Under the pieces are notes generated by a model. It saw only the letters and a list, made by a program, of their open reading frames with translations. It did no database searches and had not been told where the DNA came from. The translations under genes were made by a program, and so were the position numbers. Below are positions 47,366-56,606 of a stretch of 64,000 bases of DNA, piece after piece. Numbering within the stretch: position 1 is the first letter of the stretch; each line of letters begins with the position of its first letter. Origin of the DNA: an uncultured bacterium (GTDB lineage: Bacteria; Verrucomicrobiota; Verrucomicrobiia; Limisphaerales; UBA8199); contig CAVVMW010000022.1 of NCBI GenBank assembly GCA_963749495.1, forward strand, positions 384,001 through 448,000, read 5' to 3'.

Positions 47366-47876
47366 ACCCAAGGAGCACACATTCAGCCCACACACCGACC
47401 TCTGCATCTACTGTGGCAAGAGCGCCCAGGACGACGCCATTGAGAATACACCCTGCGGTTCTGACCAGCAAAAGCCCTGTGAAGCCTGCAAAGGGAAGGG
47501 CTGGTTCTTCTTCGACACCGGCAACGACCAGGGCCACAAGTACGAAATCCAGAGGTGCGATGTCTGCGAGCAGTTCAATAGCGACCTGGCAGCACTCGAA
47601 GCCGTGGAGAAAGCTGCCCTGACTCAACCGGCGCTGCTCAGGTTCGTGGAGGGAGTCGCCGGCCTGAAGCATGAAGGCGAACCGGGTGAAGACGGACCTT
47701 TCGAGCGCGCCTCAGAAGATTCCATCGCCATCCTCAACCAGCTCATCCTGGAAGCTCGGGAACTGGTTGGGACGGCCGAGAAGTGCCAGAAATGCGGTGA
47801 AACGGTCCCCTATGTCATCGGCTGTCCTGACGGCGCCGAGGTTTGCCAAGAGTGCTTCAACGGCGGCGGGATTTGA
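47331..47876 (+). CDS. Island multi-zinc-ribbon protein
   Basis: CIYC, CEAC..IQRCDVC, CQKC..IGCPDGAEVCQEC. Confidence 0.72.
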   Translation: MNTTNQQNQADRPKEHTFSPHTDLCIYCGKSAQDDAIENTPCGSDQQKPCEACKGKGWFFFDTGNDQGHKYEIQRCDVCEQFNSDLAALEAVEKAALTQPALLRFVEGVAGLKHEGEPGEDGPFERASEDSIAILNQLILEARELVGTAEKCQKCGETVPYVIGCPDGAEVCQECFNGGGI

Positions 47877-48303
47877 ACCGCCGTCGAAAGGGGCGCTCTG
47901 TCTCTGGGATCTCGACAACCGAGAAAACGAGGTCCATCCCCCACCGGCTCATGGCAGTAATCAGTGCGGCGGGCAGTTCATGCGTCGGTTGGGGGTTGTC
48001 GAAGTGTGGTACGCGGAAATCCAACGCCATCCGATTGACCCCTAGCCCCTTCAACCGCTCAAGCTCTTTCTCATGGACCTCCAGGAATTCCAGAGCCTCC
48101 GAGACCTGGTCGAGTAGGTAGGGGAGATCATCGTGGCTGACCACCGCCGCGAATCCTGAATCTGGTGTGGGTCCATCCTCCGGGCTTCCGTCCGCTCGAA
48201 CGTCGCCCTTGTGGAAAACGCTCAGCACCTCGAAAGGAGTAGCCTGGAGGTACTCGTCAACGTCGAAATTCGCACCACAGGCCACAAACGCGCATACGCC
48301 CAT
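47857..48303 (-). CDS. Hypothetical protein (DUF4279-like)
   Basis: GANFDVDEYL..FHKGD..SGF..DQVSEALEFL..LDF..LPAALI..GMDLVFS. Confidence 0.65.
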   Translation of the reverse strand: MGVCAFVACGANFDVDEYLQATPFEVLSVFHKGDVRADGSPEDGPTPDSGFAAVVSHDDLPYLLDQVSEALEFLEVHEKELERLKGLGVNRMALDFRVPHFDNPQPTHELPAALITAMSRWGMDLVFSVVEIPETERPFRRRFKSRRR

Positions 48304-48363
48304 GAGGAGAGGGTGCCTGTTTGTGGCCGGAAATCAACCACCAACCGAAAGGAGAACAACCAA

Positions 48364-48723
48364 ATGAAACTCGAAACACTGCTCAAGACAATCGCTCTCC
48401 CCATTCACCCGGAGCTTGACCCCGAAACAGACCGTCCTCGCCTTGGCTCGACGGGGTACGCGATCCACCACGACAGCCAGGTCATGGCGGATGGAATTCA
48501 GACTGCGGAATTAGCCGAGTATCTCTGTCATGCGGCCAACGTTCTGCCGGAGTTGGTGGCCGCAGCAAAGCACCTCCAACAGAACTGGGAGAACAACCTG
48601 ACCGAATCGATGGTGAGACTCAATGAAGCCCTTGCCCTGGCCGAGAACGTCATGCTCCAAGAATCAGCTCAGAGCGCCAACCACGAGGACCCTCAGCATG
48701 CAAATGGCACGCATCACCCGTGA
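48364..48723 (+). CDS. Island hypothetical protein
   Basis: Conserved leader; AEYLCHAANVLPELVAA resembles a common phage motif. Confidence 0.7.
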   Translation: MKLETLLKTIALPIHPELDPETDRPRLGSTGYAIHHDSQVMADGIQTAELAEYLCHAANVLPELVAAAKHLQQNWENNLTESMVRLNEALALAENVMLQESAQSANHEDPQHANGTHHP

Positions 48724-48949
48724 GACCATCCACGGCAATCCAGGTGAGCGGCGCATCCTGCCTGCCAACACCCTGGTTGTCATCGAACCGGCGTCGAATC
48801 TTCCGCCCGACAGCCCGATCAAGTACTGGGCGTATCCTGTCGAAGGTCATCCCTGGCCAGCAGAAACGGAGGCTTGGGTAGAGGACGTTGGCGTTGGCCT
48901 GCATGAGGAGGACGTTGCGCTCGTGAAAATGCCGGCCTACGCGGTTTAA
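48698..48949 (+). CDS. Island hypothetical protein
   Basis: GAGGA RBS; IEPASNLP..KYWA..VGVGL. Confidence 0.6.
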   Translation: MQMARITRETIHGNPGERRILPANTLVVIEPASNLPPDSPIKYWAYPVEGHPWPAETEAWVEDVGVGLHEEDVALVKMPAYAV

Positions 48950-49144
48950 TCTCATGCACCACGAGTCTGGCGAGATGTCGCCAGGCTCCTCTTTCCTCGT
49001 GCTCGCCCGGCCAACTGCGTCGCAACTGGCCGGGGCAGCAGATTCTCCAACCATTTCCCAATCAGCGCGCTCGCCGGGGTCAACCCCAGGGCTGGCAACC
49101 GATTGGGGCCAACCACACCAACACACCAATACACGAATACACCA

Positions 49145-49882
49145 ATGAAAACGACCATCCCGAACGAAGTCCTCGACGTGCTCAAGAAATCACGTTGCGA
49201 GGGAAGCCAACTGCATCTGCCGGGTCAACTGCCCCGCGATCTTTACGTCAAAACCGCCAAGGTCATCGAACTGCTCGGCGGCAAATGGAACCGCAGCCTC
49301 TGCGCTCACGTCTTCGAGGGCGATTGTTCCGAGCGTGTAGACGAAGCGGTCATTGCCGGCGAGGTGACTGATTTCAAGAGGCTCTACCAGTTTTACGAGA
49401 CCCCTCCCGAACTGGCCCGCCGCATGGTCGCAATGGCCGACGTGCATGAAGGTCACCGAGTCCTCGAACCCAGTGCCGGAAGGGGTGCCATCCTCAAAGC
49501 ATTGCCCCAGAACGTCGGCCGGGTCGCTGTGGAGTTGAATGGTGCCATGGTGGATCTCATCGCCTTGACCCAGCGAGTCCATTACGGCGACTTCCTCCAA
49601 TGCAACGGGGAACTGGGCACCTTCGACCGCATCATCGCCAATCCGCCATTCCGTGACGGCCAGGATGTCGACCACGTGCGCCACATGCACCACCTCCTTA
49701 AACCAGGCGGCGTCATCATCACGGTCATGTCTCCTGCCTGGCAGTATCGGTCTGACCGCAAGTACGCAGAGTTCAGAACGTGGCTTGAGCGGTTGGACCA
49801 TGACGTTGAGGATCTGCCCGAAGGCACGTTCAAGACCAGCGGCACCAACGTCCGGGCTCTACTGGTGACGATCCGCAAATGA
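49145..49882 (+). CDS. Solitary amino (N6-adenine-type) DNA methyltransferase
   Basis: QFYETP, motif I VLEPSAGRGAI, motif IV IIANPPF, FKTSGTNV. Confidence 0.85.
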   Translation: MKTTIPNEVLDVLKKSRCEGSQLHLPGQLPRDLYVKTAKVIELLGGKWNRSLCAHVFEGDCSERVDEAVIAGEVTDFKRLYQFYETPPELARRMVAMADVHEGHRVLEPSAGRGAILKALPQNVGRVAVELNGAMVDLIALTQRVHYGDFLQCNGELGTFDRIIANPPFRDGQDVDHVRHMHHLLKPGGVIITVMSPAWQYRSDRKYAEFRTWLERLDHDVEDLPEGTFKTSGTNVRALLVTIRK

Positions 49883-50005
49883 ATAGTCAACCCCTCGTCG
49901 TCTGCTGGGGAATGGGCCAGGACTCGACCGGAATGCTCGTTGGCCTTTGGGAGCGCAGCATCAAACCCAACCTCATCATCACCGCCGACGTTGGGCCGAG
50001 CATCA
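49879..50005 (+). pseudogene. Truncated PAPS-reductase-like / PP-loop gene
   Basis: VVCWGMGQDSTGMLV..PNLIITADVG(AEH), after which similarity is lost; ATGA-coupled to the methyltransferase. Confidence 0.6.
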
Positions 50006-50552
50006 GGATATCCGCCCAAAGCCAACGAGGTACGAGCGCCGCCCTCAGCCGCACCCCCCGGAGAAGGACCTTCCCTCTCCCCCAACGGACATCGAGAGGA
50101 GAGGGTCGAGGTGTGAGGTTCACAACGAACCCGAACATGGAAGTGACCACTCTCTGAGTTGGTTTACCTTCGAGTATCCAAGGTATGAACCCGAGACGTG
50201 GTAACCACCGTTCACGACCAAAGTCGTTGTCGAGTGATTTTCCTCCGGAACGTGTTCGACTGGTGTACCATGGACGATTGGTTCCAACGAGAAGAACACT
50301 ACCAGAATCACAATTGTTATTCGTGTATTCATAATACTTACAGGGTGAATCCGTCACCGACCTCGGTTTCGATACCACTGGGTATCCCTTCATGGAGATT
50401 CCACCCCACCCAATAAGTATGATCGGTTTCTGCCTTAATCGACTAAATCGTCGAAAAAGACTTTTTTTATTCCTCTTCCTCAAACCAGCACCGCCATCGC
50501 CTGACTAAGAAGTTCAACAAGCATCGAAAGGACATGCGACTCACCCGCTGAC

Positions 50553-50861
50553 ATGAACAAGAAAATCACCCGAGTCTGGAGCTTCGCCTCCGACTCCAAC
50601 CCAAACCTCGAATACCAAACCCTGCAATACGCCGATGGGACCAGCTCCTGCAACTGCAAGGGCTGGACCCGTCGTGTGGCCCCAGATGGCAGCCGGTCGT
50701 GCAAACATACCCGCTCAGTCAATATGGGCACCGCGGACGACCACTGCAAGGCCACCCACAGCTACGAACCACAACACCCACAACCCCAGCAGCAACAACA
50801 TCATGGCAAAAATCACATCCTCCAACTCCCCAAACTCGGACACCGCAAGTTCGCCATCTGA
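50553..50861 (+). CDS. SWIM zinc-finger protein
   Basis: SDSNPNLEY..SCNCKGW..SCKH. Confidence 0.78.
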   Translation: MNKKITRVWSFASDSNPNLEYQTLQYADGTSSCNCKGWTRRVAPDGSRSCKHTRSVNMGTADDHCKATHSYEPQHPQPQQQQHHGKNHILQLPKLGHRKFAI

Positions 50862-50871
50862 CCACAACAAC

Positions 50872-52371
50872 ATGAAATCCAAAATCATCAACTACATCAG
50901 AGCCGGTTATCCAGGGCTTTATCTGGTATCGCCCGAAGAACAGAGGGTTGACGCAGAGATGAAGACCATCGCGCAGGACCTCAAGTACAACCTGGTCCTC
51001 TGGAGTGCGGTTGACGGCCTGGTGGATACTTCAAAAGGGACCACCACTGCCGCCAACGACCCTCTGGAGGCCCTGGTCGCCATAAGGGACATGAAAGAGA
51101 AAACCATCATCCTCCTGCGCGACTTCCACCTGTTCCTGCAAGATCCCAACCCCATCCTCATCCGGCAACTCAAAGACGTGCTCCAGGAGGCCAAGACGAA
51201 ATCGAAGACCCTGATCATCCTGGGTTGCCGATTGTGCCTGCCCCCTGAACTTGAACATGAACTGACCGTCATCGAGTTCGCTCTGCCTGGAAAAGAGGAG
51301 CTGAGGGCTGTTCTGGGCGGCATCATGGAATCAGCCTCAATCAAATCCATGGAAACAGAGCACAGGGACAAGGTGATCGATGCTGCCTCTGGACTGACCA
51401 CCATCGAGGCTGAGAACGCCTTTGCTCTCTCCGTGGTTCAGGCCAAATCGATAGACCCCACCATCATCGCCAGGGAGAAGGCACAGGCCGTCAAAAAGAA
51501 CGGCATCCTGGAGATCATCGAGACCAAAGAAAACCTGGAATCCATTGGCGGCCTGGATGTGCTCAAGGAATGGCTGCTGAAACGCCGTTATGCATTCAGC
51601 CAACGTGCAATCGAATACGGCCTTCCCACACCCAAGGGCCTGCTCATCATCGGCATTCCTGGAACCGGAAAAAGCCTCACAGCCAAAGCCACAGCAAGAG
51701 TGTTCGGCGTGCCCTTGCTGAAACTCGATGCAGGCCGGATATTCGCTGGTTTGGTGGGGCAGTCAGAATCGAACCTGCGGGCGGTCATTCAAACTGCCGA
51801 AGCCATTGCCCCCTGCTGCCTCTGGATCGACGAAATTGAGAAGGGATTCAGCGGCACCAAGTCATCAAATTCAACGGATGGCGGCACTTCAAGCAGGGTT
51901 TTTGGCAGCTTCATCTCGTGGATGCAGGAGAAGAAGGCCGCTGTATTCGTGGTCGCTACTGCCAATGACGTGTCCCAACTGCCGCCTGAAATGCTCCGCA
52001 AGGGTCGTTTCGACGAGCTTTTCTTTGTGGACCTGCCCAATCAACAGGAACGGGAAGCGATCTGGGAAATTCAAATCGGCAAGTATGGTCGGGATGCCAA
52101 GGACTTCGACACGGTGCAACTCGCCAAGGCCACAGAAGGGTTGACGGGGAGTGAAATCGAGAATGCGTTTGTCGAGGCCCTGTACCTGGCGTTTGACCGG
52201 GAGAAGGAGCCGACTGACCTGGATATTGCCGGGGTGTTGACGGAGTTTGTGCCGCTGTCGAAACTCATGGCGGAGCAGATCACGGGCCTGAAGAATTGGG
52301 CAAAGGGGAGGGCTCGATTGGCGACATCTTTTGAACGGGAGAAGAGGGGGTTGAGGAAGATGGTGGTTTAG
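50872..52371 (+). CDS. Ycf46-like AAA+ ATPase
   Basis: [73 protein letters not shown]. Confidence 0.9.
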   Translation: MKSKIINYIRAGYPGLYLVSPEEQRVDAEMKTIAQDLKYNLVLWSAVDGLVDTSKGTTTAANDPLEALVAIRDMKEKTIILLRDFHLFLQDPNPILIRQLKDVLQEAKTKSKTLIILGCRLCLPPELEHELTVIEFALPGKEELRAVLGGIMESASIKSMETEHRDKVIDAASGLTTIEAENAFALSVVQAKSIDPTIIAREKAQAVKKNGILEIIETKENLESIGGLDVLKEWLLKRRYAFSQRAIEYGLPTPKGLLIIGIPGTGKSLTAKATARVFGVPLLKLDAGRIFAGLVGQSESNLRAVIQTAEAIAPCCLWIDEIEKGFSGTKSSNSTDGGTSSRVFGSFISWMQEKKAAVFVVATANDVSQLPPEMLRKGRFDELFFVDLPNQQEREAIWEIQIGKYGRDAKDFDTVQLAKATEGLTGSEIENAFVEALYLAFDREKEPTDLDIAGVLTEFVPLSKLMAEQITGLKNWAKGRARLATSFEREKRGLRKMVV

Positions 52372-52430
52372 GGCTTGCCTTCGGGAGCCTGGAAGGGGGA
52401 ATCTGCACTTCGAGTGGATTCCTCTCTCTT
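52372..52430 (+). terminator. Tandem hairpins after the AAA gene
   Basis: ggctt-gccttcgg-gagcc and ggaatctgcacttcgagtggattcc followed by a pyrimidine tract. Confidence 0.45.
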
Positions 52431-52667
52431 AGCTGTGCCTGACCATGCCAAGTCATCTCCTAGAGAGAAGACGCTATGAGCATTGGAGTTTTGGTTAGAG
52501 TTGCCTCACGGCCGCAACACCCGCGTGGCACCTTTCCTTCACTACGAACATACCTCCATTAACGTCACTCATAATGGCGATATCTCGTCAGATTGCTAGG
52601 CAACTCACTTCCTCATGGGGAAGTGAGCCACGTATTCCCTGGGAGGATCCGAGTCGCATTGCAGCTT

Positions 52668-53910
52668 TCAACCCGCCCATCTATAGCTGACGAAACGCCA
52701 CAATAAGAGTCCGTGCAGAGCCACGAATCCGCCGAGGGTCACGTAGAGTAGAATCCGTCGCTGCGGCTTGAGAAAAAACGTTGCCAGCCCGACGAATACG
52801 GGAAACACCACGCACGCAAAGCGGGTGAAGGAGCAAAAGGTCCCACTCATGGCCGGCACAACGCCCAAAACCACCGCCCATGCAAACCACGTTTTATCCA
52901 AGCGCCAAATCACAGGAAAAACACACAGGCAAAAGAGGAAAACACAACGATCCAGCGCAGAGCCAACAAGTCTATGCAGAGTCGTTGGGTTGAAAAAGCC
53001 CAGGACGAATTTCGGGATGTCGATGAGGTTGCCGATGGATTGCACTCCCCAGTGCCTTTGAGCATCGAAACCCGCAAACGGGCTTCCAGTCCAGTTCCAC
53101 ATCAACAGCAAATACACCATCCATCCGGCCAGCGGCGCTACGAGCACCAGGTAAAACTGCAGCTCGAAAGCCCGCATGGCCGGTTCGCTTGATTGTGCTT
53201 GCGACTGCTCCGGTTGGAGGAGCCCAAAAACTGATTTGGCCCACCTGGCTCTGGCTAGCCGCCGCGAGAGTATAGGACGAGGCTTGTGAGTTGCCAAGTG
53301 CAACAGAATGGGGACAATGCAGAAGACTCCGACGGCCCGGGTCATAGGCAGCAGGAAGGCGCCCGCGAGGGCGAGACGAAAGCGATTCTCGTCCAATCCC
53401 CGGCAGACCAGCATCAGCAGGAGGAAGAACAGGCCCTCGGAGTAAATGAAATGAAAAAAAAGCGAGCCAGGGAATGCCAATAAGAAGAACAACGCAAGCC
53501 AGGCCGCAGACTCTCCACATCGTCGTTCGACCATTTGGAAAAGAAGAAGGAATGCGGCGAGGGAGACCAAGTTCGCGAGAATCATTCCCCCAAGGACGTG
53601 GCTGCCCCCGACCAGAGGAGAAAAGTACCGGTACTGCAATCGGCCACAATGGATAAAAGGCACAGGCAGGTGAGCCCGCTTGGTAACCGACCTCGCTCAC
53701 GTGCAAATAATGCTTGGCGTCCCAACTGGTAAAATGGCTCTCGAACGTCAAATATCCTTCTGGCGTCCACGTCTGCCTCTCGCTATGAAAGATCTCGGCC
53801 TCTCGACTCACTGGCCAAAGCAACACTGCCCCAATCACCGAGAGTTGGTAAAGCGCCTGGAAGAGCACCAGGAACCTTAGCGCCCTGCCGGAAGCCGACC
53901 TTATGTTCAT
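52668..53910 (-). CDS. GT-C mannosyltransferase (PIG-V/GT76-like), frameshifted near 53640
   Basis: WDAKHYLHVSEVGY..AFYPLWP in one frame; AFPGSLFFHFIYSEGLF, TRAVG, AQRHW and SFTRF in the next. Confidence 0.8.
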
Positions 53911-53970
53911 CCAGCCTCGAATTCGGTTGTTGAAGGCGGCGCCGCCTCAGTCCTTCCCGCCATGCGTTGC

Positions 53971-55254
53971 TCATTCACGAGAATTCCAGAACAGAGCCCA
54001 AATCGATCCTCGAATCACGGCGAACGGAGTCCAACCTGCTCGACGGATCGCTGGGAGCAGCTCTCGAACGAGCAACGCCCACACCATCACTAGAACGAGG
54101 TTCCGGACCACCAGCACTGCGGCCTCCGGCAGGAGCAAGCCATTACCGTAATGACCGGGAAGGGCAGGGTAGAAAATCGGTGTGAGCATAGTTGCGGGCA
54201 CGATTAGAAAAACTGGCCAGCTTCCTCTTGGCAACATCGCGAGCACGGCCAGTGGCAAGATCCAGATCATGTACTGCGGACTGAGGACCTGGTTGAAGGC
54301 GACAAAAGCGAGCAGTGGAATCAGCAACAGGCGAGCAAGCTGGCCAATAGAACGCGCCTCGCAGGACGTGGCGGCCCATGTGGCCAACGCCACGGAGAAC
54401 AGGGTTATGGCGGCAAACGCCAGGCGCGCCCATGGGAGGATAGCCGTGCCCACGGGACCTTGCACCTCGATCCATGCTTTTGCGGAAGCCCACTTGGCCT
54501 GCGCCAGGCCGGCCTGGTTCGCCAACCAGAGCACCGAAGCATAGAGCGACTCGCATTGGAGTCCCCGAGCGGCATGAAACTCCGCAAAGCGCCACCAAGG
54601 AAGCACGAAGCTCAAAGCGACGATAGGCATGAAGCCGGCTGCGGCCCCGAGGAGGAAGCGGCGGCCCCTGCCCTGACGCGCCGCCAGGATAAACAGCGGC
54701 GGCAGGAACAGGAGTGGATAGACTTTCACGCCGGCCCCAATCGCCACGCAACAGCCGGAAAGCGCGGGTTTCCCCGAGCAGAACAGCCAGAGTGCGACCA
54801 GGCAAATCAGGGAGGGCCAGATGTCGTAGCGCTGGAGGAAAAAAAAGCGCAGAAACGGGACGGCCGCACAATAGCACAGCAACGGTAGGAAGGAGCGCAG
54901 CTTGTCCGAGCGCTTTGAACAAAGAGCAAAGAGGCTCAGCTTCAGCAGCCAATCGGCCAGAAACGCAAGCCCCATGAACGCACTGGCATACGATTCCTCT
55001 CCGAAGAGGCGCGGCAGGAGAAACAATGGAACGGCGTAAGGCGGGTATTCCACGACGCGGTCGCGATAAGGAAGTTTGCCCGCAAGCAGATCTTGGGTGA
55101 CGCTCTGGTAGAGGGCCACATCACCGTGGACAAACCCTTCGAGGGCCGGCAGTAGCGCCAGAGAGCTAAGTGCCATTATGATGTAGGCGATCGTGTGTCG
55201 GTTGCGATCCGCCACTCCTCCTTTAAAGAACTTGGATAGCACGAGAAAGCCCAT
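53971..55254 (-). CDS. GT87-like GT-C glycosyltransferase
   Basis: LPYRDRVVEYPP, RYDIWP, VKVYPL, RGLQCES, NQVLSPQYMIW. Confidence 0.85.
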   Translation of the reverse strand: MGFLVLSKFFKGGVADRNRHTIAYIIMALSSLALLPALEGFVHGDVALYQSVTQDLLAGKLPYRDRVVEYPPYAVPLFLLPRLFGEESYASAFMGLAFLADWLLKLSLFALCSKRSDKLRSFLPLLCYCAAVPFLRFFFLQRYDIWPSLICLVALWLFCSGKPALSGCCVAIGAGVKVYPLLFLPPLFILAARQGRGRRFLLGAAAGFMPIVALSFVLPWWRFAEFHAARGLQCESLYASVLWLANQAGLAQAKWASAKAWIEVQGPVGTAILPWARLAFAAITLFSVALATWAATSCEARSIGQLARLLLIPLLAFVAFNQVLSPQYMIWILPLAVLAMLPRGSWPVFLIVPATMLTPIFYPALPGHYGNGLLLPEAAVLVVRNLVLVMVWALLVRELLPAIRRAGWTPFAVIRGSIWALFWNSRE

Positions 55255-55255
55255 T

Positions 55256-55711
55256 TTAGTCGCGGATCGCCTTCCACCCGAATCTCAAGTTCATCCAAAA
55301 ATTCCAGATGCTGACGAGAAAGATAGCGATGAAATTGGCCACGTAAATGTTCATTCGGAGGGCGTAAACCTGCGCGTTGAGCAATAGGACATTGAGACCG
55401 ATCCCAGCCAAACAAATCAGGTTAAACTTTGCAAAACGCCGCGCTCGGGCAGGCCAGCCCGTTTTCTGAGCCGAAAGATCCTTGAACGTCCAAATGTCAT
55501 TCCAGATGAAGTTGTTGACGATCGCAGTCTCGGCAGCCAGAGTCTTGCTCAGGGAAAGGCTCCAGCCCAGCATTCGTGCATCGGCCAGAAGAAACAGCAT
55601 CCCCATGTCCACAAAAACACCGCTTCCTCCGACAAAGCCGAAACGTATGAACCGCTGGAAAGTTCGGCGGGAGAGCACTGGGGTCGTCCTGAGATTCACG
55701 GGACAGAGCAT
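55256..55711 (-). CDS. GtrA-family lipid-linked sugar translocase
   Basis: RFIRFGFVGGSGVFVDMG, NNFIWNDIWTF, KFNLICLAG, WNFWMN..W. Start is uncertain. Confidence 0.85.
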   Translation of the reverse strand: MLCPVNLRTTPVLSRRTFQRFIRFGFVGGSGVFVDMGMLFLLADARMLGWSLSLSKTLAAETAIVNNFIWNDIWTFKDLSAQKTGWPARARRFAKFNLICLAGIGLNVLLLNAQVYALRMNIYVANFIAIFLVSIWNFWMNLRFGWKAIRD

Positions 55712-55919
55712 AGAAGCCAGGTTTCGCTCTGTCCAGCCTTTTCTCTCACGGCGGCTCCTCGCCTCCTCGCCGGCGGGGGGGAGGAGGAGGGGAATCCCGA
55801 GCAGCCTCGCGCCATCGAATTGGCCCAGTGCTACGCTCCGGCAACTGTCGGAATATCCCGGAACGCTGTCCAGATGCTCTTGGAATGGGTGAGAGAGAGC
55901 AGGCGTTTTCAACCGGACG

Positions 55920-56435
55920 AGCAATACTTGATAGATTTGAGCAGCGCACAATGGGAGGTGCTCGAAGAGGATCTGCACGCCACTCGTCCCCAAAGCCTGG
56001 CGGCGCCCGCCCAAGCTCTCCCATCGCGAGATTCCCAACCCTATCTGCTAGCCCACTGGATGCCGCGTTGGTCCGGGATCGCCAAATCAGCTAGCCGATA
56101 TCCACGTGCCAGTGGTCCGAAACTCGGAGAGGCGTCCGAGATCCCCTGGCAAAATCCGCTGGGCCAGAACTCACGCGCTCTGCGGAAGGCCTGGCGGATG
56201 AGCCTCTCAGTCTCCGGATGAGCCCTTACCACCAGCACACTGGTGGCGTCTTGCACCGGCGCCTTCGGTGTGGCGGCCGCTGTCAACGCCCCAGTTGCCT
56301 CAGCGGCCAAACGATCGGACGGGACTGGAACGCGTGCCTTCAGACAGCGTGCGGACTCAAGAATGCGGCAGAATCGCGGCAGGGCAGAAGTCTTTATGCC
56401 CGGTGTGGTCCTGCTCATGTTGCGCCGCCTGCGCG
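55920..56435 (+). pseudogene. Heavily degraded IS5-family transposase remnant
   Basis: Scattered across frames: YLIDLSSAQWEVLE, PKPGG, REI.N.I...TGC and a C-terminal-like AEVF...LMLRRL. Confidence 0.35.
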
Positions 56436-56606
56436 TCTACTCGTTATACGCGCGCCGCAATTGGTTTGCTGCACCGGAGGCTTCTGGCAGCCAAGGCAAA
56501 GCACGCCGCGGCCTGGGAGGGGCAGTTCGAAAACAATCGGACAAGCCAGTGCCGAGTGCCGAGTACCGGGTGGGAGTTTGCGGTGGGTTTCCTCGGCGGT
56601 CGGCGC

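Larger units (their letters stand above)
39772..52430. mobile_element. tRNA-fMet-anchored genomic island / integrative phage-like element (may extend past the window end)
   Basis: Abrupt GC and codon shift after the tRNA, loss of all REP families, short direct repeats at 39832-39895, dense small hypothetical genes, helicase-like gene, methyltransferase, HNH. No integrase or second att site seen. Confidence 0.75.

Noticed and set aside
49887..50483. Minus-strand ORFs 49887-50483 and 50120-50332
   Set aside because: No recognisable motifs and several conflicting short frames in an AT-richer patch. The 70-aa ORF has a signal-like start but I cannot support it.
55712..56600. GT2 dolichol-phosphate mannosyltransferase domain fused upstream of GtrA
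   Set aside because: No DxD or VDD.S.D motifs in any listed frame. The region looks like decayed IS sequence instead.
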